Assembly (NCBI GenBank): GCA_051294905.1 | Contig: CM119372.1 | Span: forward strand, 8,868,001 to 8,932,000 | Origin: Botryllus schlosseri | Taxonomy: Eukaryota | Direction of reading: 5' to 3' | Length of the DNA: 64,000 nucleotides | In this document: positions 37,701 through 50,049 of the stretch, one piece after another | Layout of the letters: each line of letters begins with the position of its first letter | How positions within the stretch are numbered: position 1 is the stretch's first letter | Position numbers and translations under genes: made by a program | The notes under the pieces: generated by a model | What the model was told of the DNA's origin: nothing | Database searches by the model: none | What the model saw: only the letters and a program-made list of their open reading frames with translations

Positions 37701-39628
37701 ATAACCTGAAATAAATCAAATCACAAATATTGATCAGTTATATACGCCGCGACGTAACCTCATCAGGTTAATGTCATTGATTACATATATATCTGCTGCG
37801 GTTCATGATACATCAAGTCTGTAGGACGAAAAACACGAACGCCATCTTCTTTAACAGAGTAACTATGAAAGTGTTTGATAAACTGAATAGACTTTATCAA
37901 TTTAGAACAAAAGAAGCACTCGGCATTGACAAACTATATATACTCAATTCTACAAAGTGTTAGTTCATCAGCAGTTTTCTCAATGGCTGGATCAGCCACT
38001 CGCGTTCGCGCCGAGATGGGCGGATATAATATTGTAAAATCCAAATCCTGTTACGAATTCGAGATTGAAATCCAAGTCCAAATCAATAAAAGGTAGGCAT
38101 CTGATCCGAATAACACGTTGAAGTGTAAAGTTATGTGACATTTCAAGTTCATTTCTACATATATTGATCGTAAAATTAATCTAAATTCGATATCCATTGT
38201 TCTTGAATCAGATAAAAATTATTAATTGCGATTATTTGAAATCGAAATCCAAATCCTTATTCGTATTGATCTCGCGCCTTTTTGATAAACCGCTCAACCA
38301 AAACCGGCGAATTTATTTTGTGCAAACAGGATGAATTGGGAGTTTATATTGAAATATAATGACCAAAAGGATGATAATGAAAAATAGTAACATTGGAATC
38401 GCATCGTATTTTGTGTCTTGTGCATTTTTCTATTGCCGGATATGATGTCTGGGTGTTTTTGAACAACGTTTCAACTCACATGTCATAGGGGCTTGTCAGG
38501 GGTGTGTTCGAACTGCGTTAACACTCGGACATCATGTCTGAGGCGTGACTGGAGTAAATTCGGACTGCGTTGTCTATTGAACATCATGGTAGGGATGTGT
38601 TCGGACTGCGTTATGACACTCGAGCATCATGTCTGGGACACATTTAGGGCATGTCTGGGGTGTGTTCGGCCTGTATTGACACTCGGATATCATGTCTGAG
38701 GCTTGTCTGGAGATAGGTTCGGACCACGTTGTTAATCACCCATCATGTCAGGGGGTATTTGTAGCGCGGTGCACACTCGAACATCATGTCTGGGACATGT
38801 CAGCGCATGTCGACGGGGTGGGGGGGGGGCGGTGTTCGAGCTTCGTTGACACTCGGACATCATGACTGATGCATGTCTGAAACAGGTTCGGACTGCGATG
38901 TCTATCGAACATCATGTTTGGGATGTGTTTGGACTGCGTTTTTACATTTGAGCATCTTGTCTGGGTCATGTCTAGGGCATGTCTGGGGTGTGTTGGGCCT
39001 GTATTGACACTAGGACATCATGTCTGAGGCATGTCTGGAGATAGGTTCGGACTGCGTTGTCAATCGAACATCATGTCAGGGGTGTGTTCGAACTGTTGTT
39101 GACACTCGAACATCATGTCTGGGACATGTCTGGGGTGTGTTCGAAATGCGTTGACAGTAAGACATCATGTCTGAGGCATGTCTGGAGTAAGTTCGAACTG
39201 CGTTTTCGATCGCACATCATGTCGGGGACATGTCTGGGGCATGTCGGGGGGCGTGTGCGAACTGTGTTGACACTCGGACATCGTGTCTGGGCATGTCTGT
39301 GGTGTGTTATGGTGTCTGGGGTGTGTTATCGTGTCTGTGACGAATCTTGAGTGAGTACAGACTGCTATTTTTGTTCATTCTTCTTGCAGAAAATATAAAC
39401 AATTTACAAGCATAATTACAAGCACCGACCTATGACAGCTTGTTATATGCTTGCATTTGGCATTTACAAGCTCGATCGAGCTTGTATCAAGCATTTATTA
39501 GCTCGTTACAAGCTATTTTACAAGAATTATTTTTACAGTGTGGTGATGTCTTGGAAAACTCGGACGTCCGATCCATGACTACTATGTTGTGTAGCACTAA
39601 AATTGCGGAAACTGACAACGGTGCATAG
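22789..39628 (+). CDS. Large multi-exon Ser/Lys/Arg/Pro-rich protein of unknown function. Exons ~22789-22870, 23187-23640, 23878-24179, 26228-28444, 29034-29163, 30090-30169, 30302-30353, 30427-30585, 31739-32121 and a last exon 32767-32883 + 39543-39628 split by a transposon; 5' end unresolved
   Basis: Consecutive GT-AG junctions are phase-compatible, including a 2.2-kb open exon. Stop TAG ends at 39628 and AATAAA is at 39721. Two apparent 1-nt deletions in T runs (~23447, ~24023). No recognisable domain. Confidence 0.7.
25517..26018. mobile_element. Second copy of the fold-back MITE (left arm internally deleted)
   Basis: Near-identical to 1086-1749; TSD ctgtacag at 25509-25516 and 26019-26026. 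Confidence 0.9.
33504..37681 (-). pseudogene. Spliced SAMD3-like / EnSpm accessory protein gene inside the CACTA element, with frameshifts in exon 1
   Basis: Exon peptides: MANAEAQLKLKVTYGDCSKVFRV...IEYHDKVFGWAEFDSEVELRSGDILKL (37681-37439); LDVPPYTRTLVCTALVQEYKVLRSS...PAW|HAWKKKLDHKIFNERRK; LMKAMKATFKRRRLDIEDGNMPTADILVEYPLL; FTHALALILSIHWVFNIQFARGVDKTLHFL. The motif order matches SAMD3-like proteins as I recall them. A 7-bp duplication (agagtaa x2, minus strand, ~37605-37618) breaks exon 1. Confidence 0.65.
35434..35890. mobile_element. Charlie-like hAT MITE nested in an intron of the CACTA cargo gene
   Basis: TIR caggggtgggcaaact...agtttgcccatccctg; TSD gtgtagca; shorter relative of 48987-50049. 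Confidence 0.88.
38440..39335. repeat. Subterminal degenerate tandem array (ACATCATGTCTG / GACACTCG / GTTCGGACTGCGTT units of ~33-45 bp)
   Basis: More than 15 recurrences of acatcatgtc separated by alternating related linkers, lying ~200 bp inside the right TIR. Confidence 0.85.
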
Positions 39629-40170
39629 ATCTTTTGCTTTTCATTTGATGTTATGCTAGCGTTTTTGTCGACTTTGAGATTTTTCCGTTATGTCTTGTAT
39701 CACTGTTTGACCGTTTCATGAAATAAATTTTGTATAACACTCATGCTTCTGTCGATCACTGTTGACTGTGTATGTGGACGTGGGAGTTCAGGAGATTTAA
39801 GCGGAAATGGAGAATTCGGTCTTCAATATATCACGTGGCCACGAAATATGATGAGAATCTACTACATCGTTTGAATACGGAGTGAAGCCGATTGATGTGA
39901 ATTGCATCGTTTAGTTCTATCGACGAGCGCACCTGGACGTTGTCGTTATCGCTACACCATGTTTTGCCACTATGGGGGTCTCTATAGTGTCGCAGCAATT
40001 ACCTAAAGACTGAAGTGTGCAGGTCGAGAAACTTCATACGGAGACTCTAAACTCAACGCAAACGATTTGAAACAACTTGTGTTGTACTGGATTGTTGCGG
40101 AATTATCAACGGTTAATATCCGTTAGCGAGAACTTCATAGAGAATCGCTGCTGACCACCACCTTGTACAC

Positions 40171-40783
40171 TAGGGCTGTTCAAAAATAACTTTTTTTCCC
40201 CGGATTCCAGCCATTCACTGATTAAATTGTCAGGTTACCCTAAAAAACGCTGCACACCAAATTTGGTTCAATTCCGACAAGTATAGGACTCCGCAGATCC
40301 AATTAAAATTTTTAATTTATTAGGGTAAATTGAAAAAAAAAAAAATTTCAAGTTTTTCTGCCAACCCCATGAAATAATTGTTGAGCTGTCTTCAAAGACC
40401 ATGCAAAACAAATTTGACGCAATTCCGACCAGTAGAAGCGGAGTTATGTGAGTTTTTCGATGATAATCGTCGGATTATCCTAGATCGGTGGATAATCCGA
40501 GAATCATCAACGCAAAACTCACATAACTCCGCTTCTACTGGTCGGAATTGAGTCAAATTTGTTCTGCATGATCTTCGAAGACAGCTCAACAATTTCATGG
40601 GGTTGGCAGAAAATATTTTTTTTTCATTTTTCCCTAATAAATTAATTTTTTTATTTGGATCTGAGGAGTCCTATACTTGTCGAAATTGAACCAAATTTTG
40701 TGTGCAGCGTTTTTTAGGGTAACCTGACAATTTAATAAGTGAATGGCTGGAATCCGGAAAAAAGTTATTTTTGAACAGCCCTA
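40171..40783. mobile_element. Fold-back hAT-type MITE, diverged sister subfamily of 1086-1749
   Basis: Termini tagggctgttcaaaaataac...gttatttttgaacagcccta, palindromic along its whole length; TSD ttgtacac at 40163-40170 and 40784-40791. Confidence 0.9.
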
Positions 40784-42080
40784 TTGTACACGTAGCGTAC
40801 AGTGCTATTGAAATTAACATACAACCCATACATAATTACTGTAGTGACTAACATTCATTAAACTACGTAATTATAGACAGTAAGCTTGTACTAGCGTGAG
40901 TCGAGGTGACCTGCAGATCATTTTATCAGTTACAGCTTTACAACAGGGTTCTTGGCATTCAGTTGAATATTTGTGCGTAACATTGTTTATGTAACCCAGC
41001 AGTGGGCTTTTGAGACAAAGAAAACTACGGTATTTCGTTGAGCCATAACACGGGCATCATCTTGTGGGGAAACCTATGTCATTGTCCCAAATATATAGTA
41101 ATCTATTATCTTTGGAGTTCTTTATGTACGTAGCTCATACAGTGTCACTATAGAGATTGTATGATGGAGTGACGACTGATTTAAATGCCTAATTAATATT
41201 CATCCGCAACATATTTTGTTTGCGTGGTTTTTCAGCAATTATCTTGTAAAAATGGATATTTATGGTATTTTTGCCCATAATACTATAAATATGAGATATT
41301 ATACCGGTATTAGTGCATTGATATACCGAAATATCTATATAAGTTGAACTACTCTATTTACACTGCGCGCAATAATATTTTCAACTCCCTTTAGATAGGT
41401 CACGCTCCGCTTTGCGGAGGGAGCTACCCATTGTTACGTGTACCATTAATAATCCCACATGGAATTCACACGGTGGAAAGTTGAGTGTTTGGTTGGTTTA
41501 ATGCATGCTTATCGATGGGAATGAGTCGGTGTATTGGAGGTTGAATACTTATAACGGACTCGGTGACTAATTGGACGTCTTAATATGTTTGGCCTGATTA
41601 GTGAATATCTTGGATACTTGCGTGACAGTCTTGCGTTTGTTGCCGTACGAAGCGATGAATATACCGGTATATAATCGCTGCACAATGCGCACGGTCGGTG
41701 AATACCAGCGATGATTTATGATATAATAGCTATTATAGTGGCGTATTATATGATTATAGAAGATAACAATAATAGGGCAGGCGATGAAAATGAAACGGCA
41801 TTTCGTTGCAGGCGAAGTGGGTATGCCATACCATGGTCCTTCTGGAAGGCGTCATTCAGCAGAATCTGTATGTATTTCAACCTGCCGACGAGAAAATATA
41901 AGTCACTTACCGTACTATTGGAGGACATTGATGTGATACTATAGAATTAGCGAGCTATCTTCATGTACTGTTCCGGTATGGTAATTGTTATTTGATTAGC
42001 AAAACGGAAATAAAATTCTGAGTATTATGCTTTCACAGAAATTCTGATTCCTTCATAACCGATACTTTTTCGTAAAAGTT

Positions 42081-42698
42081 ATGGCCGAAGAATCATTGTG
42101 GGAGGATTGGGAATCCATCACCGAGGAGGAAATTTCCCAATGCTTTGAAGGATTGGATGAGTGGAGTGGAATAAGTTGTGACGTCTGTGAAGCCATATTT
42201 CCCACCGTAAGGGAACTCAAGAAGCACGGGAAAGTGCATAAGCTCCCGTCACCAACTGAGCAAATTGACATCGATCGAATAGTGGACATTTTGAAGATTG
42301 CTTGCCGTAATTGTCATTCTATTTCCAGGTGTGGACCACGATTTGAGGAATTGGATTTAAATCTTATTGTTCCACTTGTCAAACGCTTGAATGCTGTGTT
42401 CTGTGACGTTGGTACTGATGGCATTTATCAATACTACTCCAACATTTGCCAGCAGGCAAGCAACCTTCTTGGACTGCAGCATCAGCTTCTTGCTGCATCT
42501 TTGCTCGTGAAGATTGTTGATGCACTTGTTCACCAAGCTGAGGAAAAAGTTTTCACTGCAAGAATGTCTGGTATCAATAGCAGGGAATCGGGGGGGTATA
42601 TTGGTATATTGTACCAAATCTGGAATATTTTTGTGCCTCACTGTCTTTGGCAACTCTTTTCTTGGAAAAGGTATCTTCCTTTCTTTCTATATGAATAA
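42081..42698 (+). CDS. C2H2 zinc-finger ORF carried by the P-like element (3' end probably truncated)
   Basis: CDVCEAIFPTVRELKKHGKVH is a canonical C-x2-C-x3-F-x5-L-x2-H-x3-H finger, preceded by an acidic N-terminus. Confidence 0.6.
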   Translation: MAEESLWEDWESITEEEISQCFEGLDEWSGISCDVCEAIFPTVRELKKHGKVHKLPSPTEQIDIDRIVDILKIACRNCHSISRCGPRFEELDLNLIVPLVKRLNAVFCDVGTDGIYQYYSNICQQASNLLGLQHQLLAASLLVKIVDALVHQAEEKVFTARMSGINSRESGGYIGILYQIWNIFVPHCLWQLFSWKRYLPFFLYE

Positions 42699-42817
42699 AT
42701 ATATCAATTGGAATCGTTTGGTGCATTGGTTTCTTGATCTGAGTGAGAGATAGCCTACCCTGCATACCTTTATGATTGTGCTACAGCCTACCCTGCATAC
42801 CTTTATGATTGTGCTAC

Positions 42818-43191
42818 ATCTTTCAGGCAAATTTAGCTTAGGCAGAGCTCCCACTTTCAGTTGCTTTCTGGTTTTGAGCTGACGAATGATGTCGCTCTCA
42901 AAATAATTTTCGCGGATTGCGGCTCTATTATAAATTACACTGTTAATTCTGATGAAGTTGAGACAGCTGCTTTACTTACGTCTCCTTATGGAGCAACGTC
43001 TTGATACGATCTCCTTTTGAGGGGTCCCTGATGGAAAGAAGGAGGCTGGCCATTGCTGCGTGCTGCTTCTGGGCCGCTTCATTCCTTAACAGCTCTGGTC
43101 TTCGTACCGTGAATAAGGACCTCTTACGAGATTGATCACTACGCGGAATGTTCACATAGGTACATCCAGGGATAGCGCAGTTTTTGGCCAT
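42818..43191 (-). pseudogene. Decayed THAP domain (N-terminus of a P-type transposase), exons 43191-42980 and 42924-~42818
   Basis: MAKNCAIPGC...RSLFTV...KET|AAIRENYFESDII...KQLKVGALPKLNLP. The C-x4-C start and AVP-like (ALP) end are present, but the third Cys and the His read R and Y. GT-AG intron in phase. Confidence 0.7.
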
Positions 43192-46100
43192 AATTGCCGC
43201 GGAGGATCTATTATTTTTAACTACTAAAGACGCGAAATGTACAACGGGATATAAGACAATGCGATGTAGCCTAGTGAACAGAAAAGAAGATGTCAAAACG
43301 AACAAGTACAGTCTTCCAATGTAACATAGGCCTAATGCCCGATGAAACAGTGTACGATATTGATCTTTTGGATGTAGTGATAATCTTTTCGTCGCTCTCT
43401 TTCATCCGCTTTCCGTGTAGTCTATTCGTTTTTTTCATCGGTTGCTTATGCACAGAAAATAGTTTGGGCAGTTTTGTATTGGTATCAGCGGCCACTCAGT
43501 TACCGCATAAAGCCTTTTATCAATTATAGCATTGTCTACGAGTTTACGGGATTCGGCCGCGGAGAGTTATCGCTGAATAAGGCATTGCGGGAAATTGATT
43601 TTAAACGTGTTCTGGGTGGAGGCCAGTTGTGAAATTTTTATAGTGAGAACATATTGATGCTTCCTCGTAACATGCAAAATTTGAAACGTCTAGCTAGAAT
43701 ATTTCCACCCTTTCTCGGCGGTCAAATTCGTCCCTGTATTTCCGAAATCGCCTATACTTTTACATGTAAAATAGGACAATCGGACTCTCGCGAATGGAAT
43801 TTTACTCCGCAAAGTCAAGCGTGACGGATCTAAACTTAGAACAATGGGTCGTCGCTCCATCCTACAGTCTCTATAGTGTCACCAACGCTCCAGCTTTATG
43901 AGATAAATTTGGTGACCTGGTCAGAATCTTATCGTGGGATTTTCCACTGATACTGGTTAAAATCAGCAAACTACGATTCGTTTGTGTATACTCCCATTAT
44001 CGCATTGCGGAGCCGAACGGAGGGCGTGTCTTTAAGACAGAGATATCTAGACAAGATGTCCCTGCTTTGAGAAAACGGGTCACTGGTACATTCAAACCGC
44101 ATTACTGGTGTATTGCGTCATCCTTTGTTATTCTTTTAACTAATCAAAACCGTAGGTGCTTGGACGATGTTCTAAACATCATGAAGTCTATTCTCTCATC
44201 TCTAATGCGGTACGTAAAAGTATACGGTAAATGAAAGCAGTTATTCATCCCACTAAGCAAGAATGGTTGACATAGCGATGTAACCGTCCCACTGAACCAC
44301 AGCTCATGACCTAATGAATTGATGAAATATGATTTACTGGACCTCCTTCCTGAAGCATTTATCATCATTGAATATATATAGCTGCCAATGGTGCAAACAC
44401 ACCAAATTGTGTTGAGTGACCTATGGAGATATGTTGAGCATGCATACTTGAATATACAATCCTTAATCTCTCGAATATAACATGGCCTCTCCAACTCCAG
44501 GTGGCAGCACCTAGTTGTATCTGACAAAGCAAAGTGATAGTTTTCTTTTCACTTGTGGTTCAGAAACGTTAGATCTATACAACTTGGAGATTAGTCAGAT
44601 TACCTTTCCCTTTTCACCTCTATTTGTGCTCATACTGTTGTACGGTAACAAGTATAGTCCAGGGAAATGTGATTTATCACAATGTAGTACATGTTCCATT
44701 CTTCAAGCATCAACCACGTTTCTTAATATGGATGAATCAATATTACACCATTTTTTATTGTCGATGAACTGAGCAAGTAGAACTGATCTCGTTTCAGTCA
44801 ACATCCCATGATATGGCGAGATAACCTTTTCTTCCTCGGCTGCCATTCTGTGGAACAATCTTTCAGTTGCTATCAGATTATCTGACTCGCTATATGTTTT
44901 CAAGCCCAAAATCAAATCCATTTCATTCACATGGAGCGTTTGAACTGCAGTAGTGTTCATTCTGCCTGACAACTATGCACTACGTCTTTTGCATATTGTT
45001 TACTTATATTTTATTGCCTCTTGTGTACAGCCCCCGTGTGTATTAATGATATATTTTTATATTATGTGCTCTATAAATTATTGTATTTATTATATAAAAT
45101 TATCTTGTTTGTAAGGATTTTTCATGTTAAACTGTAGCATATCTTCAAGGACTAGGAAGGGTGATAAATTTGTAGATTGACAATTACCCTGAATACTGTT
45201 TCCAGAGTTCTTGGCACAGATTAGTTTTTTATGAAGTATCTTTACTTTAGGAACAACAATTACTGAGCAATTCGTTCAATTAAACATATATTGTGAGTTG
45301 TGTGAATCTGTGTGCTATCTTGCTTAACCCTTCTTCAATTGTTGCACGACTACGACCATTACTCTTTATCCCCTCAGATAATTCTTCATGCCTGCTGTAG
45401 GTGAATTGTCACTATGCCTTGTATTACGGTATTTTGATTTTATGGTCCTTGATCAAGGGTAGGGGTGAAGTATTGCAAAACGCCCAATGTTGCTATAGAC
45501 TACAGTTTGCTCATGGGGAATACCCTACAACTCTCGTTAAAATCAGTCTTCGGCATTAGGTCTGCGGCGTAGCCTTGGTGCACGACTTTCGCTGTGGTTG
45601 ACATTTGACAAAATGTGTAAGCTAATCGATATTAGCCTCGTGACTTCATATCTGAACTTGACATGTAATGACATAGAAAACTTGTATAACTTCTAATTCT
45701 GTATTGCACGAGTAGGCATGTATTCTTAAGACCGGTTCTTGGTGAAACAAATATTTAAAGTCTACGACCACTGTTCTAATGCTATGAAATACGCTGCTGT
45801 TTAGCAATTTCATCTAGAATTGTAGTTGAAGCATGCAATTTACACTTCACTGTTCCTGTATCATAATCTCATGAATAGCCTACTTTTCAAAGGACCATAA
45901 ACCTTCCGTATTGCTAATGAAGATGGACTGTCCATATTTTAGTATTAACACCATGAGGTAATTAGTGCAAGACTCGGTCAATATTGTTCTGCATAGAAAT
46001 AATTTACATCAGGTTAGAAATTTATAGAAGTAGTTAGGGTCTTGATTTCAGTGCAACATATTTACCGATAAACCTATTCTTTTTTTACCTTCTTAGAGTG

Positions 46101-46235
46101 AATATAGATATTTGCAGCTGATTGTATTTAGGACCAATGATCTTACCAAGTGTCATGAATTATGATCATTTATGTTTCAGCTTTATCAATCATAAATAAA
46201 TAACCCGGTCATTACATCGTGTGTGACCTGTAACA

Positions 46236-48119
46236 ATGACTATATTAGATCGTGGGTCAAATTCAAAAAACAAGGAGGAGAATGCGCAAGCGAGACAGTC
46301 CAACTTGGACAACGGGAATTCCAATCGAAAGCAACGAACTCGCACAAATCATCCAACACGGACAGATCGTGGATTATCTCACGGCTTGAATGTACCTGCC
46401 GCTAGTAACATTGACAGCACATACCGAGCAAACTACTGGGATGATTCCTCATCTCCAACTTCTCATCACTCGCCAGAGTATGTTGATCCCCCTCACATTC
46501 AAATTAGTCACAACGAAATTAATATCCATGGACATATCAAGCCTCGAGGACTTTCGAAAAGTTCTAGCGTTGTACAATCCCCGAATCCAGAATCGCTCCA
46601 CGTTATGTCTGAACCCTCGGCGGTGGAAGACATTTCCCATGCTTCTAATATTGCGGCGACAATCGACAGTGCTCACGCTGTGTCATATTCCGCTAAAAAT
46701 TTATCACGAGTCAAAAAAACAACGGAAAAGAAGATATACCATAAAAAGAAACGCAGAAACATGCCCTACCAAACCAAGATTACGAAGGCGCAAGAAAAAT
46801 TAGCATCGCAGCAACATCGCGCAAAATTACTGTCGAAAGCTTCAGAAAACAAACTTCAAAGTGGCGCATCAAACATTCTCCCACGTCCGTATTCTGCGAC
46901 CGCGTTCCTTGCACAGGAAAACGCGTATAACAACAATATGGAGCTCGCGAATCGATTTCGAACGTTCAGTGAAGAAAAAACTGATTTCAAACCCACACGC
47001 GATACTACTGTTCAATACACTAAAAAAGTTCCGTTATTTCCTCAATGTGATATACCGAATAGTCCATCGGGTTTGTTAGAGGAGAAAATAGTGGCGGCAG
47101 AGAGGACTGTTTACGGCGACCACAATAGCGAAGGTGAGGAAGTAAAGCACAACTCGGACGATGAGCACGATCACAGTAGGTTGAAGCGTCTTCACAAAGG
47201 CATCGATTTTGACAAAATCGAATCGGAATTTGAGGAAAAATTGAAAAAAACTCGGGGTTTCACCATTAAACTTATGGAGGAAGATGGCGCTTGTTTGTTC
47301 CGAGCGGTTGCTGATCAAGTATACGGTGATCAGGGCATGCACGATGAAGTGCGGAAAAATTGCATGAATTATATGAACAAAAACGCTGATTATTTCAAGA
47401 ATTATGTAACCGAGGATTTCGAAGCATACATAAATCGAAAGCGTGATGTTCATGAATTCGGAAACCACTTGGAAATGCAGGCCATGGCGGAATTGTACAG
47501 CCGCCCATTTGAAGTCTACCAATACAGCACAGACCCTATCAATACTTTTCAGAGCAGCAATTCATCGGCGAATGTTCCCATCCGTGTAAGTTACCATAAG
47601 AATTCGCATTACAATTCAGTAATAGATCCGTTCGCGGCCACAATTGGCGTTGGTCTGGGTTTACCGTCATTTACGCCAGGACTAGTGGATAAAAACATGT
47701 TGAATGATGCCGTCAAGGCTTCTTGCGAAGTTTGGGAGCAGCAGATGCTCAACGATAAAGTCCAGGCGACAGATTGGGAGAATACGGACGATGCTATTTT
47801 GAAGCAAGTAGCTCGCGAATCTTATATCGCTTTTCTGGAGCATAATACGTCAGATGTACCCGGTAAAAACGATCGCAAAACGCCAGAAAAGAGTCCGAAT
47901 GAGGAGAAACAATTTGAGAAGTCCCCCAAGTCTAGGGTTGTTAAAGAATTTCCTAAAAAAACGAACAAAACTGCTGCTCACTCAGCCAGTGACTGGGTTG
48001 CCGAAGAGGATGAATGGGAAGTATTATCTCAAGTATTAGCGAATTCACAGCAGGAGTATATGGATGTATTAAAGCATCAGGCTACTCACTCTAAAGCTAC
48101 GTGTAGTAAATACACATGA
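46236..48119 (+). CDS. OTUD5: OTU domain-containing deubiquitinase 5 (DUBA)-like, single-exon ORF, 627 aa
   Basis: OTU Cys box [33 protein letters not shown], His box [18 protein letters not shown]5-specific [12 protein letters not shown] and ATDWE motifs, and C-terminal [16 protein letters not shown]. Confidence 0.93.
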   Translation: MTILDRGSNSKNKEENAQARQSNLDNGNSNRKQRTRTNHPTRTDRGLSHGLNVPAASNIDSTYRANYWDDSSSPTSHHSPEYVDPPHIQISHNEINIHGHIKPRGLSKSSSVVQSPNPESLHVMSEPSAVEDISHASNIAATIDSAHAVSYSAKNLSRVKKTTEKKIYHKKKRRNMPYQTKITKAQEKLASQQHRAKLLSKASENKLQSGASNILPRPYSATAFLAQENAYNNNMELANRFRTFSEEKTDFKPTRDTTVQYTKKVPLFPQCDIPNSPSGLLEEKIVAAERTVYGDHNSEGEEVKHNSDDEHDHSRLKRLHKGIDFDKIESEFEEKLKKTRGFTIKLMEEDGACLFRAVADQVYGDQGMHDEVRKNCMNYMNKNADYFKNYVTEDFEAYINRKRDVHEFGNHLEMQAMAELYSRPFEVYQYSTDPINTFQSSNSSANVPIRVSYHKNSHYNSVIDPFAATIGVGLGLPSFTPGLVDKNMLNDAVKASCEVWEQQMLNDKVQATDWENTDDAILKQVARESYIAFLEHNTSDVPGKNDRKTPEKSPNEEKQFEKSPKSRVVKEFPKKTNKTAAHSASDWVAEEDEWEVLSQVLANSQQEYMDVLKHQATHSKATCSKYT

Positions 48120-48986
48120 TTGTTCCTTTTCTTAGTGACACCAATGTTTCTTTATTAGTCGGCACTGGAATCTTTCGCACCAGATCTAATATATGGTCGT
48201 ATTGGATGACCATGCTGATGACATCCGCACGATGAGGACCCGTTCAACTCTTCAAATAACTTATGAAATTCGAATGAGATTGGCTCAATCTTTTTCTGAT
48301 GAACTGAGTTTCAAAGATCGCTTACAATTATAGCGCCTTATTTTGATATTATTTAACTGCGCAAGAGAAATAAACTAGTTTAACTGAATCTCAATTTGTG
48401 TCAATGCAATTCTGCGGTTTTTACCGGTGCATATAGCCAGGAAAAGAATTTTGGTGGACAACAGCTATCGGTGCCTTGCCTCCTCTGTTACGCCCACGGC
48501 TACATTCATATGGTGAGAAGAAGATATTAATATTCCTGCATTGCCTGAAATGTAAACGCTGCATTCAAAGCTGGCTATATTGCTACCAATTTTCCGAAAA
48601 CAAGATTAGATCACAAATTCAATTCAATATGGGGGGTGTGGTGCTATATTTAAAATTTATCAAGGCTACTTTTTAGTTTGCTTACTTCAAAGGTATCGAA
48701 GTCACTCGATTTGATCGCTTTTTTCTGCTATGCATCATGACTGACAGGCCTTTTTTGATAGTTTCGATTTCGATATTCTGACAGGGCGAGATTGTCGATG
48801 ACCGGTCACGGATAGGTGATTATTCCTTCTAATTATTCCCCAGGCTCTCAACCGTTCTTTCGGCACTCCTTTTTTGTACTGAGAACAATACGCCGAGTGC
48901 TGGCATTAATGTAAGTTCGCCATTTGAGTCGTATTTATAGTTTTTACGATTTGATCTGTAATTGTTATCGTCAACAAGCTCTAACG

Positions 48987-50049
48987 CAGGGGTGGGCAAA
49001 CTTTTGAGCTCGCGGGCCGCATTCAATATCTGAATCCTTTCGCGGGCCGCACTATATAAAATTAGGATTATAAACCAAAACGCTATACTGATATTTGATT
49101 ATAAAGTGACGACATGGAGATAATATAATATATGTGTTTATTTAAAAAAGCCAAACATTGTTTTGATGATATCGTACATGCGTCAGAAACATATAGTGGC
49201 GAGATTTCATAGGCTGGCGGACCTCAATAACCAATTTGTCAAAAATATAGAGATGAAAGTCGGTTGGCCCGATTCTTGAAACAGGATTGAAATTTAAATC
49301 TGTGAGCAGCGATCTGTTCATAGATTTACTAATTCCACTTTTAATTCAGTCCCGGGACACACAATGCTGACAGCATCATAGCCATGTTAGCTCCAAACAC
49401 GCTTCTACTATGTGTAGATAAAATATAAATACCCCATTCTGTGTATACAGACAACGAATCTACCTAAGGCACGCCCGAATCGTTTTTATAAGCACATCAC
49501 TGAAATAATTAAAAATGAAGTGGCCGATCTGAAATCCCACTGGTGATTCAAATTATGTCAATTTTGTTGCAGCTATGCCGCTGTGATATTAAGTATGTGC
49601 CTCAGATCAGTGGTTCTCAAACTTTTCAAGACACGCCCCCCCCCCCCTTATGATGGTGAAAGATTTCGCGCCCCCTTATCGTCATATCACAAAACGCAAC
49701 CAGGATGGTGACAAACCTAACTGGTAGTTTGATGGCATGGAAGGTTACGACTGTAGATGAGAGATTTTTTAATATGTCATTCAGAGTAAATACAGAGTAA
49801 TAAGTAGCCTATAAATTGGTCGTCAATCGCGCGGAGCGCGAAAAAAATTTCAGTCGAGCTCAGCTTCGCGCGCCTCTTCAGAAGCACTGTCTTAAAATTA
49901 TCATGATGAAATGCACTAAGAAAAAGTTGATCAAGTCCCTGCATTAATTCGATTTTTAGTACGCATTTTATCAATATTTTTAATAAGTTTATTTAGACTC
50001 TCGCGGGCCGCACAGAACGGTGTTGCGGGCCGTAGTTTGCCCACCCCTG
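48987..50049. mobile_element. Charlie-like hAT MITE (composite, with an internal cagtggttctcaa terminus)
   Basis: TIR caggggtgggcaaact...agtttgcccacccctg; TSD ctctaacg on both sides. Confidence 0.88.

Larger units (their letters stand above)
32884..39540. mobile_element. EnSpm/CACTA (CMC superfamily) non-autonomous DNA transposon, 6657 bp
   Basis: 26-bp TIRs cactgtaaaaattattcttgtaaaat / attttacaagaattatttttacagtg (1 mismatch); 2-bp TSD TG at 32882-32883 and 39541-39542; subterminal repeats; internal accessory gene. Confidence 0.88.
41149..43875. mobile_element. P-element-like (THAP) non-autonomous DNA transposon, 2727 bp
   Basis: TIR tatagagattgtatgatggagtgacgac vs gtcgtcgctccatcctacagtctctata (28 bp, 3 mismatches); TSD gtgtcac at 41142-41148 and 43876-43882; internal THAP remnant. 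Confidence 0.8.

Noticed and set aside
38440..39335. Regularly spaced repeats resembling a CRISPR array
   Set aside because: The linkers are themselves related repeats rather than unique spacers, there are no cas genes, the context is eukaryotic, and the array lies within transposon TIRs.
46390..48039. Overlapping ORFs within OTUD5
   Set aside because: Shadow ORFs of the real CDS.
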